Assembly: GCA_951406725.2 (NCBI GenBank)
Contig: OX597816.1
Span: forward strand, 169,570,001 to 169,634,000
Source: Octopus vulgaris
Taxonomy: Eukaryota
Length of the DNA stretch: 64,000 nt
Reading direction: 5' to 3'
Below the pieces are notes generated by a model. That model ran no database searches and was not told the DNA's origin. It saw nothing but the letters and a program-made list of their open reading frames with translations. The position numbers and the translations under genes are program-made. Shown one piece after another: positions 37,919 to 52,418 of this stretch; within the stretch, counting starts at the first letter, position 1, and each line of letters opens with the position of its first letter.

Positions 37919-38346
37919 CTTTACATGATAGGTTTACTAAAAGAAGGCTTCGAGACAAACAGCAACATTAACTAAAACAACAGTCTCGCAGTTTCGACGT
38001 GGAAAGACAAATTTTCTAGTGAATAAAAATTGTAATGATTAATATGTAAATATTGGATATGTAAATTAAGTTGCCGTCTGAGGGTTATTAGTTATATCAT
38101 TCAGCAGAATAGCCTTTACTGTACAAGTTACAATATCAGTGCATTTTGTTATATTATACTGCCACACTTATTACTAGCATACAATATACACCATTACTAT
38201 GCACATGGTTGTCACATTTCATTTAACTTCGTTTGAAGCCGACGAATTCCATTTGTTTCTCTTCATAAAACTGTTTGCATAAATGATAATGCCGGCAACA
38301 TCACCAAGGACACTTATAACAGCAATGAGATTATACACAAACTTAT

Positions 38347-38410
<64 letters not shown>

Positions 38411-38516
38411 TGTATGCATATATTTTATTTATTGCACTATTGTATGACTGAGCGCCTTCGCGTCGATTCGATTCGATTCGTTTGGTTTCGTTTCTTCTTC
38501 TTCTCAAAGCTGGTTT

Positions 38517-38624
<108 letters not shown>

Positions 38625-38711
38625 GAATATGCATGTAATAAATAATAAATATTCTAAGCGGATATAATGTAATATAATATTGAATACAAAGTTATATATG
38701 TGTGTGTATAT

Positions 38712-38745
<34 letters not shown>

Positions 38746-39167
38746 TGTATGTATGTATGTATGTATGCATGTATGTATGTATGCATGTATGTATGTATGT
38801 ATGTATGTATGTATGTATGTATGTGTGTATGTAGGTATGTGTGTATGTATGTATGTATGTATGTACGTACGTGTGTCATTGTGTGCATGTATGTATGTAT
38901 GTATGTATGTATGTATGGATATATGCACATACAAGTGGTTTGTTTAAGAGGGAGGGCAAAGTCGATTGAATCTACATTACTGTGTTATTTGTAAAATGTC
39001 TAATAGTGTATTAGAAAGTATTTCCACTTCGAACAGTAAGACATTACATATTTTGGATATGTGTAGAGTTTAGAGTTCAGTCAACTACTTTCTACGAGAT
39101 ATACTTTGTCTTTTCCATAAATAATAAAAAGAAATCGCAAGAAAATAACATCAATGATGATTTATTT

Positions 39168-39461
39168 GCAGCGTGGGAGGTGTTTAAAAGCCATTTAGAA
39201 ACACACGAAAGCCGCTAGATTCACTTCAACATTTAAGTTTAATTTGCCAAAATATTTTCGTCGCTTTGAGACCGCGACCTGTTCACTGACCAGTACGGAA
39301 TTTTGTCGGTGAACAGGTCGCAGTCTCAAAGCGACGAAAATATTTTGGCAAATTAAATTTAAATGTTAAAGTGAATCTAACGGTTTTGTGTGTTTCTTAA
39401 ATGGCTTATAAACACCTTCCACGCTGCGATCTCAGGTCACTTGCTATGCAAGTACATCTCC
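39168..39461. mobile_element. Fold-back PLE-like insertion with two G3-C8 hammerhead motifs and 12-bp TSD
   Basis: Inverted repeat 39168-39427; plus HHR 39302-39352 tttgtcg-GTGAACA-gGTCGC..GCGAC-GAA AATATT T-tggcaaa; TSD gatgatttattt at 39156-39167 and 39462-39473. Confidence 0.8.
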
Positions 39462-40074
39462 GATGATTTATTTATTTTACATAAAAGTGTGAAGAGACGT
39501 CAAGTACAGTATAATTCAATATAAATTGAACATAAAATATATGTAAAAGAATAATTAATGTAGACATTATACTACTTCATAACAGTTAATAAGTTTAATT
39601 TATAATTTAATTAGCGCAATTGTGATAGTAAATGACAATTAAACGTAAATAGAAGAAATGAATACAAATGTATGTGTGAATATGTATACGTATGTAAGTA
39701 TGTATGTATATTTATGTGTGTGTATATTTATGTATGTATTTGTACACGTATACATGCATACGTGCATATATATAATTGTATGAATGTGCGCTCACATATG
39801 CATACACACATATCTTTGTGTGTATATGTACGCATGTATGTTTGTATACCTACTTAACAGTAATTTACATTTGTTTTTATTTTTCGCATCGTATTGATTA
39901 GTTTTTCTTTTGTTTGTATGTTCTATCATAAATTGTTTTATATGCATCGTATCTCCGATGCGTTTATTTGAACCAAAACGTTCATTCACAGAAGGCCGCA
40001 TGCATGCATTCACGCTACGTAACCACATACTCGCACACAAACACCGATATACCTTTTAAGCTCACACTAACACC

Positions 40075-40309
40075 TATTTCTTTATTACCCACAAGGGGCT
40101 AAACATAGATGGGGCAAACAAGGAGAGACATAGGTATTAAGTCGATTCCATCGACCCCAGTGCGTAACTGGTACTTAATTTATCGACCCCGAAAGGATGA
40201 AAGGCAACGTCGACCTCGGCGGAATTTGAACTCACAGTGTAACGACAGACGAAATACGGCTACGCATTTCGCCCGGCGTGCTAACGTTTCTGGCAGCTCG
40301 CCACCTTCT
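40075..40309 (-). mobile_element. SINE family A monomer, 16-bp TSD
   Basis: TSD agctcacactaacacc at 40059-40074 and 40310-40325. Confidence 0.92.
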
Positions 40310-40652
40310 AGCTCACACTAACACCGATAAATTTACACACTTATGCATGTCCATACCCACCTAAAACACACACAAGCACAGTACTCACCAACATGTATGC
40401 TGCAAAGCGCATTCTCACTGAAACATGCACATCTGTTCATCAATTCCTTTCCTGACTTTATCTCATAGAACAGCATTACTCTTGATTTATTTCCTTCATT
40501 TTGTCGCCTTCTTATACTTAAATAATACTATATTCTTTTTTCTTTGAAACATTTTGTTTCTTTCTGTATTGACTTTTAACTGTGTTTAACTTTCTACAAT
40601 ACTATACCAAACTAGTTCCGGCTATTCTTTTCCTTCTCTCCAGACCATTCTT

Positions 40653-40690
40653 CTTTCTGACGAAGAGCCATGCCCGAAACTTTACAACCC
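40653..40690 (+). ncRNA. Hammerhead-like motif, old relative of family H with canonical A6
   Basis: cttt-CTGACGA-agagc cat gccc-GAAAC ttt; stems I and III eroded. Confidence 0.45.
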
Positions 40691-40787
40691 ATCTTTTATC
40701 CGCTATAAACTGAGCGACAACATAATACATGTGTGCGTTCTTTTGCTGTTAATTTTTATTTTTGAATTGCCTCATACATATACATAC

Positions 40788-41508
40788 ATGATGGCGGCCC
40801 CCTCGTTATCGAGTATGGCCATTGCACGTAGCTTATCTGTTATTGGTGCTGTGATCGAATGTGACTTTTTAGCCCAGCTAAAGATCTACAATGTCTTGTA
40901 CAGAATTGGCAACTAAAACCTTTACCGGTAATAGCCGGCTGTAGTTGTAACTGGGCTTCATGTACCTTTGCATGTCGTTTAAGTTCTCCTGCCGAGGTAA
41001 GCTTTGTCTTACTGGAATCCGATGCCGCCTGTATCTCATCAGCCTTCTTATTCCACCACATATCCCTCATCTGAGAGAGCCTTTGCTTCACACGTGATTT
41101 CACATCCTTGAGTTCTCTATGCATCACTTCTCTCTCCTGTGGCTTTGCTGGCAAATAGCATGACAAAGTACGTCTTTTATCAGCCAATAAATCGTCTATA
41201 TGTTCATCATCTTCTTTAAACCAATCTTGATGCTTTCTTTGTATCAATCCCAGAACTTTCTTGCCTATATCATAAACTGACTTTTTAAGGGCCGGCCAAT
41301 CCTCCCCAATATCTGCAGCATTCATTTCCTCTCGTGAAGTTCTCTTCGCACTATTACACCTAAAACGATCAACATTCTGTCTTTTAGGCAGCCCGGATTT
41401 TATGTTTTGTGACTAATTTCACTTTTGTACGTACAAGGCGGTGGTCAGTCCAACATTCAGCTCCACGAAGAACACGAACACACTGCACATCTTGTCTATC
41501 ACGCATCC
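40788..41508 (-). mobile_element. Internally deleted RTE LINE (linker fused to terminal C2H2 finger, no RT)
   Basis: GAECWTDHRLV, RKHQDWF, WWNKKADEIQAASD joined in frame to CQFCTRHCRSLAGLKSHIRSQH*; short 3' UTR. Confidence 0.82.
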
Positions 41509-41516
41509 TATATACA

Positions 41517-41581
<65 letters not shown>

Positions 41582-42228
41582 AAGAGAATTCACAAAAAAA
41601 AACAACAACAGACGAAGACAGGTGGTGTAGACAACAAACAGATGTATTAGTTTAACGCTCGGGAAGTGAAAAAGTATTTAACGTTTTGAGCCTACGCTCT
41701 TCGACAGAAAGGATCTCAGAAATAAACAGGGAGAGAACATAGAAAAAGGTTTAGTGGCTAGCGATCTATCATGGCGAATGCTGGACAGAGGGTCACACAG
41801 GAGAGCTAGGAAGTAGGGGAGATAATAAAGTAATGGTGATCCCAAAACGAAGGTGCGTGTGTATATGAGTGCGTGTATGAGCGTGTGGAAGAGGGCTGGT
41901 GACCTTGACGTGTGTGTGCGTGCATTTGTAGATATGTGGATTATAGTATGGGTGCTGGGAAGTGGTCAGTGCTAATGCGTGCGTGGTAGTGTGATGTGAT
42001 GTGTGGTGTGGTATGGTGGTGTTGGGATGTGGGGGAGGCGTGAGTGGGGAAAGCAAGGGTAGGGTGTGGTGTGGTGTGGGGGTTAGGCTGAGGGTGAGGG
42101 TAGAGGTGGGGAGTGGGTTTATGGAATGGGGTGGGGGTGAGATGGGATGGATAGGGAAGGTGGGGTTACGGGCGAGGGGTGACGATGAAGGGAGAGCGGG
42201 AAAGGAGAAGGTGCGTAAGAGTGCGTAA
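41582..42228 (-). mobile_element. PLE family H copy 3; HHR at 41676-41711 with G12A
   Basis: Reverse-complement homology to 11100-11875. Confidence 0.75.
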
Positions 42229-42894
42229 GATCTTGAACTTTGCATTTAGTAGTGTGGTCGCCCTCGTTCAAATTCTCTCTCAGTAGTGTCACCACTCTTC
42301 GGTTGGCAGGTGTCAGAATTCTCTCGTCCTGTTACCGGTTGTTACTTTCCCGCTTTCTGTCCTGTTGGCCGGCTTTCAAGAACGAAAGTATGGAAGTCAT
42401 TTTGAAAATTTAGTTTTAATTTCAAATAAATTTTCTTTCTTTCTAAATTTTGGCCAGTAGAGTGAGTTATAAAAAGATCAACCAATCTTTCTTTTCTGTC
42501 TTAGTCGGCTTAACAACAAGCTAAAGCAAAATTAACAATTTGCCAACCTCTGGAAAGGAAAATAAGACAGATTCAACGTGCTTCACAAAACACGTTTAGC
42601 TACGACAGTGAACAATAACAAGAGCAATAAAATCAGTAACAATAAGAACAATAGTGATTATGATGAAAATGCTGTTTTCTAAATGGTCATAAGAATATTA
42701 TAATCGTTATGAATTATTGAAATAAGCTTGCTATCCAAGAGGCATAATATCAATGTCAAAACCTACCGATCAGACGACAATTTGAAAACAAAAAGATTAA
42801 ATACCAGAATACAATAAAAAAATTGGTGCGGTAAAACAGGAATAAATTAAACCTTAAAAGTGATAAGCTTTTAAATGAAAACAATTTGTTTGTC

Positions 42895-43750
42895 CTTCTC
42901 TTCTAACAATGCTCATTCCTACGCAGATGATACTATCATTCATTACTTGCCCAGCCTCCCTCATCCAAGCGTCATCCACATGCAACCTCAACATTTAAGA
43001 CCAGATCTGCACAAACACCATGAACGGAAACGCCAGAAACATCTCCAAATGATATCATGCTAAGCTTGTCACATTCAACAACACACTTCTAAAGAAAGAA
43101 AACAAATGACCGCCCGTATCAACCAAGAAAACACTTTACATTATTTTAAGCGTGGGCAACACAAACACACAACATGAATACACGATTGCTTTCTATGCTT
43201 GGGGCCAATGTCACCAAGGATGTCACCGAGTGAATACACATTCGTTGCATAACAAAGATTGCATTTGAATCACTGGTCTTTCCTTTCAGGGCTAGAAAAT
43301 ATTTTATCTCTTATCAATTACTAAACCCTCTACAAAGCTCAACTGAGATTCACAATGGAGTGCTGCAGCTCACACATCTGAGATGCTGCTGCTGCTGCAA
43401 CAGATGCAGAAATTCTAATATCATCTAGAGAAAGGTCGCTCGACTGATCAATTCTAGCGTACTCCAGTCCTTGGAAAACGGGGTATTTATTTTCTGCTAT
43501 TGATTCTATTCCTCATGTCTGGCTCATATAAGGCCACATTTACGCAGGCAATCCTTTCTCACTCATCTTTCCTTTTCTCGTTACCCATAGTGAGTTCACT
43601 TTCTATTAGTCCCATTCCTACCACGGTTACCAGACTATTCTTCTTTGAACGTCGACCTTCTATAATTTCCTTCCTACGCGAGCCATTCGTATAATGGCCA
43701 ACTTGCAACTTGAGTTCAAAGTTCGTGAGTAACATTAGCGACGTTAATCT
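42895..43750 (+). mobile_element. Old LINE RT remnant
   Basis: HSYADDT and LYKAQLRFTMECCSSHI motifs, fragmented. Confidence 0.6.
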
Positions 43751-44370
43751 TACGACTCTCGGAGAACTTACAATGGCGATAGGCGCAAACTAATAATAAC
43801 AAAAAGAACTGGATCTATAATAATAAACGCATATTGATTCATTAGGATAATCATGATTATTAACAGCTGTTGTGAACAATAGGTCTCAAGAGACTGCATA
43901 CAGGTAATTGAACTTACCTCTGTCTTTTACTGATGCATATATTATTGTCATTAGATAGATCTTTGTGAGTATCAGAATTCAGAACATAAGACTTAAATAT
44001 CGCCGAATATTTAGCCCCGTTTTTGACAGTCTCTGCTATTGTATGATGGTATTTAGACAATATACGCCTATTCAATCAGGTCAACTCTTGATCAATGGTG
44101 TCTTAGCCGTGACCATTCCATAGTTTGTACATCTAGGGATACAATATCGTGTGTGTCTTTTTTTTTTAATTATGGGATTAGGATATAATTTAAGAAAATT
44201 TAACTTCTACTTTTAGCAGGTCGAGGTATCAGACAGAGGATAAATGGGAGCTTATATTTAGTAGTGAACTAAAAACAATAAAAATAAATGGCTATTTATG
44301 AGAAAGGTGAAACCAAAATATTTTAAGATATTTATTCATACCCAAAAGATGAAATTTTTGACGAATTTTG

Positions 44371-44581
44371 TACTCTTTTACTGGTTTCAGTCATTTGACT
44401 GAGGCCATGCTGGAGCACCGCCTTTTAGTCGAGCAAATCGACCCCAGGACTTTGTAAGCCTAGTACTTATTCCATCGGTCTCTTTTGCCGAACCGCTAAG
44501 TTACGGAGACGTAAACTCACCAGCATCGGTTTTCAAGCGATGTTGGGGTTACAAACACAGACACACAAACATACACAAAGG

Positions 44582-44622
<41 letters not shown>

Positions 44623-44781
44623 TACGACGGGCTTCTTTCAGTTTCCGTCTACCAAATCCACTCACAAGGCTTTGGTAGGCCCGAGGCTATAGTAGAAGAC
44701 ACTTGCCTAAGGTGCCACGCAGTGGGAATGAATCCGGAACCATGTGGTTCGTAAGCAAGCTACTTACCACACAACCACTCA
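44371..44781 (-). mobile_element. SINE family B
   Basis: As other B copies. Confidence 0.9.
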
Positions 44782-44989
44782 CATTCTACTGACACTACTC
44801 GTTTCATACCAGCGCATGCGGTATTTACTTACTATTATATACGTTATGAGTTCAAATCCTGCGGAGGTCAACTTTGCCTTTCAACTTTTCGAGGTGCACA
44901 AAACAAAGGAATTAATATAATTGACTGTTCTCGACCACCTAATTTATGATCGTGTACCTATTGAACGAAATCAATATTAACGTCATACC

Positions 44990-45206
44990 TATTTCTATTT
45001 CTTTACTACCCACAAGGGGCTAAACGCAGAGGGGACAAACAAGGACAGACAAACGGATTAAATCGATTATATCGGCCCCAGTGCGTAACTGGTACTTATT
45101 TAATCGACCCCGAAAGGATGAAAGGCAAAGTCGACCTCGGCGGAATTTGAACTAAAAACGTAGCGGGCAGACGAAACGTTTTGAGTTCAAATTCCGCCGA
45201 AGTCGG
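44990..45206 (-). mobile_element. SINE family A with fold-back 5' end
   Basis: Minus body 44990-45173, then a plus-strand duplicate 45173-45205; TSD aac(g/a)tcatacc at 44979-44989 and 45207-45217. Confidence 0.85.
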
Positions 45207-46028
45207 AACATCATACCAACAACGACAACATATCGAAAAATTATAATTTTTAACATAGACATCATCATCATCACAAACTACAACAACAATAACACGGAAA
45301 TAAGAGCGCTAGCTAAATTACAAAAATAACTACAACTCTAAAGCATGCTAACATTCACCACAGTTACACACATACAAACATTAGAACCCTCGCACACATT
45401 TACATAAACACACGTGCTAACACACAAATAAACGAGGTCAAAAAGCATTTATATTTAGCGTATTTTAAAGAAATTAGATAAAAACAAATACACACACACA
45501 AAAAAACAACAAAACGAGAACCTAGTGGTTATTTGACGAGGATGTGCTCTCCGCCCAAGAGTGATGAACACACCCATTTTTACATTGTACACAAAGAAGA
45601 GCTATTGTTAACGACCACTTTGCCTCTACCCCAGTCAGCAGTTAGTGGTCAGTTACGAATGGCCCTTGATGACGTGGTCAGGGAACATATCGTTGTGGCC
45701 GTTGAATACATATATTAGTCAACTGCTACAAGCCTCTCAAGTAGTGAAAACAGGACACTAGAAAACAGCTGTTCGGCACCTTTAATTTATGCCGTTCTGG
45801 TATTGAAGTACAGAAAGAAGCGGATCCTCTTTTTGAAACAGTTTGGCGTTATGGAACGGTAAGAATATATTTTCAAAGAAGAAAATTCTTTGCATACTAA
45901 ATATACAGTACATACATATACACACGAAACGTATGTACGCAAGCGAATACAAACATAAATACATATATACATAGACGTATTTACGCACGTACATACACAC
46001 ACACGTATATACTATCATATCATAATCA

Positions 46029-46090
<62 letters not shown>

Positions 46091-46109
46091 AAATATGTAT
46101 GTATGTGTG

Positions 46110-46186
<77 letters not shown>

Positions 46187-46189
46187 ATA

Positions 46190-46232
<43 letters not shown>

Positions 46233-48146
46233 GTATATATATATGTATATATATACACACATACATATTTACACACACACACACACACATATATATTTAC
46301 GCGTGCACACATACATACAATCACGAACACATTTACGCACAAGTAACAAAAATTCCATTTGTTTATGTTCAACCATGTATCAGCGTGATTTCTGTGACAG
46401 GGAGTAAACCTCCTCCCCCAGTAAAAAGGCAGTGAAAATTTCTGTCTTACATTCTCCCAAGCGTTTTAAGTAAGATTCACCTGGGAATGTTATCCGACTC
46501 TGTTTGACGGTAGTTTAACTCTTGAACGTTCTGCATGTTTTTCATTCCTGCCTTTCAGCAATTAGGGATCGATAAAATAGCACGAGTTGAGCACACGGTT
46601 TCGACGTAAGCGATTCACTCCGCTCCCACGAAACTGCTGGCCCTGTCCCCAAATTTTGGAGGATGATGATAGGGGAAAACTTTTTATGGAAAAAAGAAAA
46701 ATCTACCCTACATGTTGGTTCTGCACCTCCCCCAGAAGCTTCTTCGAATTTTTTGTTGCGCTATGCATTCAAAAGTGATATCACAAGCTTTTCTCTACCA
46801 CAAGGAAAAAAAAAGAGAAAAAAACAAAACAGTTGAAATTCATGAAAATTTATCATTTTTTAAAGTCTACCGCAGCTGCACATATAGAATGAGAGAAATA
46901 ACGTGTTTTTCTTTGTAAAAGCATGTGTTCATGCCAATCTAACCTACGGGAACACTGGCGATATTATTATTATTTGCAAAAACTCGGAGGAAATTAGATA
47001 TCTGAAAAACTAAAAGAAAACTAAATATAGTTTGCGAAAGTAAAAGCGGTATATTTTTTTACACTCAACTTAGATTTAGATGTAGCGTATTGTGTTGGTG
47101 TCGCAAACAAAAACAATCATAAATACGGTTTCACTTTTGTGTTGGTGTTTTTAAAAAAATTACGTTTACTTTAATGTTTAAAAGAAAGGGATGGGTGAAT
47201 TGTAATGATGATCGATGTGTTGAAGGGCTGTTTCCAGAGTAACGGATTTTCATGGATTTAAACGAATACTTACGATTTTAGAAAGAAAAAAAAACGTAAG
47301 TTATATCCATCATTCTATGTGGGCGCGTATGCATATACACACAACTGTACACATATATATAATTTATGTGAAGGAAAATCATTTCAAAACTGTTTTTTCG
47401 TAAATAGCTCCCCACCTCCCATCATTTTGAAGTGTGCGGTAAAAGGGTGTGCTGGTATTTTATTTCCTAAATTATATATTAAGGCATCGGGCTGGCAGAA
47501 TCGTTAGCATACAAGGTAAAATGCTTAGCGGCATTTCGTCCGTCTTTACGTTCTGAGATCATATTCCGCCGAGGACGACTTTGTCTTTCATCCTTTGGGG
47601 GTCGATAAAATAAGTACCAGTTGAGCGCTGGGATCGACATAATTGATTTACCTCCCTTTCCCGAAATTGCTGGCAGTGTGCTAAAATTTGAAGCCAATAA
47701 TTTCTGATATAGGCCCATCTTTGGTGAATAGTCGGTAACATGAACGATTTCATTTATGTTATCGATCACCGGAAAGGCGAACTCTAATTGATAATAAAAA
47801 CAGAGACGACAAAATCAAAAGAAAACCTCACAGCATAGATCTTCGTCCTTTTGTATTCCAAGTTGAAATCTTACAAATTTCGGTTCTTATCTTTTCTCTT
47901 TTTCTATGAATCACATATATTTTGAGGCAGGTAATTCAATTGATTTCATAATTTCTCTAGCATGTTGTAAACCCGTGCCATTGTAACAAATCCTTATTTT
48001 CAGCAGAATTCTTAGAACTGTGGATATTATATTCTTGTGCTACTCGGAGGCTCTCGCTGCATGATATTTTCAGTGGCAAGACAAAAGATAATTAAAGGAA
48101 AACTGCTGTTATAAAGTTGAAAACCGATAGGATTTGAACTTTGAAT

Positions 48147-48314
48147 TAGGGCCGTCTTAAGTCATGAGCACAATGGGCGGATGCTCAGGGACCCTAGGTG
48201 TCTAGGGGCCCAATTCTGATGTATGTCTGTAGAGGCTTGCTGTTAATAAAGAAATACTATAGGGTCCAGTGCAGTGATTTTTCTAGGGGCTTACAAATCT
48301 GCTAAAGCAGTTTG
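48147..48314. mobile_element. Decayed hAT-like MITE
   Basis: Left end tagggccgtcttaa, eroded right end, similar tttgaa flanks. Confidence 0.4.
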
Positions 48315-48985
48315 TTTGAAAAGTGAATCGCTTGACTAGATAAGGCATCTAAAAGGAGACAGAATCATTAGAGCATCTGAAAAAAAAAATCGGTATTCTT
48401 TCTGGTTAATCTCGCTGAGTATAACATTACTTTTCATCCTCCTGAGATCGATAAAATAAAGTACCAGTAAAGTACGAGGGTCGATGAAATCGATTTACCC
48501 CTCCCCTTTGCTGCCATTGTGCTTAAATCAGAAACCATTATAAAGCATCTGGGTTTCCTAGACATGCAAATTTCTAATGAACTATACACAATATTCACAT
48601 CACTCTGGCCGTATAAGCATTCTACAAAGATGCCGAATTGACAGGATCGTTAGTGCAATTTTGTCAGTTATAAAGCAGGTCTGGAAGAATATTGAGTGGA
48701 TATACATACATACATACATACATACACATATATTTGTGCGTGTGTGTGCGCGTGCATGTGTATATATATATTTGCGTATATGTATGTATGTATGTATAAA
48801 TATATATTTGTATATATGAAGGGGAATATTCTTTATGTTGTATGTCTCATTTCTCTGTTTTTTTGGTTGTTCGAAAAAAGTTCGTTTCTATGTTTTTGTT
48901 TTTATGTTTTCATTTTTCATTGTGTTCAACGTTTTTCTGATGACCTGTACCCATATATGCATGTATACATATATGTATGTATATA

Positions 48986-49073
<88 letters not shown>

Positions 49074-49097
49074 CATCTCTCTCTCTCTCCCCTCCCC

Positions 49098-49144
<47 letters not shown>

Positions 49145-49166
49145 CCCATCCGTATGTACATACGTA

Positions 49167-49240
49167 TGCGTGATTTGGTTATAAGGATTCATTAGAATTT
49201 ATGAAAGCCTTAATAATATTCTACCGAAACAGCTGTCGCA
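49167..49240 (+). ncRNA. Decayed hammerhead motif
   Basis: tgc-GTGATTT-GGT..taagg..ttcat/atgaa..cctta..ACC-GAAAC agct GTC-gca; stems intact, first core box broken. Confidence 0.45.
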
Positions 49241-49294
49241 AATGTTAAATGCCATTTGTGTTTACATACATACATGCATACATACTCTCTCTCT

Positions 49295-49643
49295 CTCTGG
49301 TCGGGTAAGCATGTATCTTCTCTATGGCAAGACACCTGTTTCTGTTTCTCTGTCTCTCTGTCACATTCAAACCTTTCATCACCTGACACAAGATCACCTC
49401 CTCCAATGCTCCGTCCCCTCTCAAAGATTCCTTGTCTTGCAAAGTCTCTTGGTGATCCTGCCAGTGCGGGTGCCACGTAAAAAAGCATCCAGATCATTCT
49501 CCGGAGTGGTTGGCGTTAGGAAGGGCATCCAGTTGTAAAAACCATGCCAAAGCAGACACAGAAGTATGGTGCAGTCTTCTGCATGCCGAGCTCTTGTCAA
49601 ACCATCCAACCCTTGCAAGGCGGACGTTAAACGATGATGATGA
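49295..49643 (+). mobile_element. SINE-like family D 3' part with (GAT)n tail
   Basis: ggcgttaggaagggcatccag motif (Deu/Nin-like) and cggacgttaaacgatgatgatga end; related to 59171-59680. Confidence 0.75.
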
Positions 49644-49793
49644 TTCACACACACGCGCGCATATATATGTGTATATATATATATATATTTATACTTTATT
49701 TAAAAGCAGCAGAATTAAATAAAGCATATTACTCTACCCCTGGTATTTGAGTACTCTTTTTTCCTCCTTGTTTCACATTTATGTGTTTACTCC

Positions 49794-49857
<64 letters not shown>

Positions 49858-50359
49858 TACATACATACATATATACACACACACACACATACACGTATAT
49901 ATAAATGCACATGTGCATATTCTTCGGCGAACGAAGGGAGGATTCTAATAAAACGTTATGACACCAACAAACATTCTGGTGAAACCTCATAGGATTATTT
50001 CTATTTCCATCAAAAGAAATAATCGTATAAGTTTACACTTACATATATCTGTCTATATATCTGTATGGTAACATACGTACACACATACATGTACTTTACG
50101 CATACGTGTGTGTGTGTTTGTGTGTTTGTGTTCTCGTATCCTGGCGATTCAACAAAAGAAAACTAACAGAATGAATACCAGGCTTTAAAAAATCAGAACT
50201 GGGATCCATTCATGTGACTAAATGTTTTCCAGGGTGGTGCCCCAACATGACCGCAGTTAAATGACTGAATCAATCAAAAGCTATATATGTGTGTATAAAA
50301 TATATATATATATATACATACACATACACACACACACACATATATATATAATATATAAA

Positions 50360-50399
<40 letters not shown>

Positions 50400-51374
50400 T
50401 ACATACATATATACATACATATACGTACATAAATATATATATACATACATATATACATACATATATACATACATATACGTACATAAATATATATATACAT
50501 ATATGTATACACACACACACATATATATATATACATACATATACACACATATGCATATATATACATACATACATATAAATACATATATACAAACATATAT
50601 ATATATATATATATACATACAAATATGTATATATATATATATAGATACATAGTAAGACTAATAGAAATGAAACTATTAAAAGGGAAACTATAGAACGCAA
50701 TACTATGTAATAGTGAAACTATTATATCACATTACAATAGAGATGTTATTGTTTCACTTTTGATACGTAATATCGAAACAGTCTAAGAGATTGCTCCGGA
50801 CTCGCATTAGAAAAGAAGTTAAACATTTTTTCGGCCCATAACACTCTAAGGCATGTGTAAAATTTTAATGAAATCGGTTGGGCAGTTCTCGAGTTTTAGC
50901 CATGCACACATACACACGGACAGACAGGCACAAATTGTCGGTTACATATATATATATACACACACACACATATATATATATAAACATCCAGGTACAGTAC
51001 ACATATAAATGTAGGCATATATATCCGCACACATATAACCCTCACACACACACATATATGCATGTATATATGTGTGTGTTTGTGTGTAATGTGTGTATGT
51101 ATGTATATATAATAATTATAAGCATAATTATAACTAGGATTCAGCAAAATTTGCTTCACCACATACCGAAATTTAGAAATAGCAGTTAAATACTATTCCA
51201 CTAACATAAGATATTTCCCAGACAGCAATACTCTACAACTCGCAGGTAAAGAGAAAAAATAACGAATCCACCCGGCTTTGATTAACTATATACGCATTTC
51301 TGGGTTAAAGAGATGTAAAAAGATATAAAATCATATTTCTACTACTATACTTCAGTATAGTATATCAATTTTAA

Positions 51375-51876
51375 ATGTGAGACCTACATCAAGTGCCTGG
51401 AGGAGGTAGTGCTGTCCTGGGTCAACAGAGTGGCTGCTGGAAGACCCTATATCTGGTAACCAAGCTCTGCTCCCTCCCACACATGCAGGAGAATCATGAC
51501 TATCAGACAATCTCTGCGACTACATCACCCCTTACATCTGACCGCCAAACTCCACACACAGCAAATCTCTTGATTATTATAAGTGGGGTGCAGTTGAACG
51601 AGAGACCAACAAAACTCCTTGTAACACCAACGAAGGCAAGGATTATGGCAGAATTCATCAACTTAAACAAAGAAACCGTCCAGAATATTTGCAAGAGATT
51701 CCGGAATTGTTTGGAGACCGTGGTTGAAGCCAATGACGATTTTATTGAATAAATTTGCTCTTTAGTATTTCAAGATGTATTTATGTAATTTTGTTAAATA
51801 TATCTGTTAAAATAAGATGTCAAAGTTATTTTCATTTTTCGTAATTTAGACGACAGTATATTCACCGCACCCTATA
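51375..51876 (+). mobile_element. Tc1/mariner transposase 3' fragment
   Basis: YIKCLEEVV, PPNS..LDYYKWGAVER, ICKRFRNCLETVVEANDDFIE*; TIR-like end caccgcaccctata. Confidence 0.8.
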
Positions 51877-51974
51877 TGTACAGATATGTGTATATGTGTG
51901 TGTCTGTGTGTATGTATATGTATGTGTGTGTAAATGTATATGTATAGATATGTGTGTATATATATGTGTGTGTG

Positions 51975-52023
<49 letters not shown>

Positions 52024-52034
52024 ATATATATATA

Positions 52035-52395
52035 TAATGCAAATAATTAGAAAATGGAGGAAACCACATATTAAGAAACATCGATTGGACCATATTTATA
52101 TCTTATGTTTTGACACAAAGCATGACATAACAAAGTTAAGTCCCCTATTTTGTTACGTCATGCTTTATATTAAAAAGATAAGCCATAAATGTGGTCTAAT
52201 CGATGTGTTGGTTAATCTGTGGTTTTCTCCATTTTCTAATTATTTACATTAGTTCCTGGCAAACTCTTATTTATCCTGTTGTTATCTACACTCTACGTGT
52301 ATGGTGTGCCTGCGCACCAATGCCCGGGGATAATACAAAGAACGGATACCGATAGTATATACGGATATTTTATCCCTTAGCCGGTTACTATAACC
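52035..52395. mobile_element. Fold-back PLE-like terminus (inverted repeat 52035-52251 plus unique tail)
   Basis: Mirror arms; tail end cccttagccggttactataacc matches the reverse complement of 20654-20675. Confidence 0.7.
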
Positions 52396-52418
52396 GCTAA
52401 CGTGGCTGCGTTGCAAGA

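Noticed and set aside
45660-45720. TTGATGA..GAATAC hammerhead-like motif (similar weak case at ~7940-7970)
   Set aside because: Second box and stems I/III do not fit.
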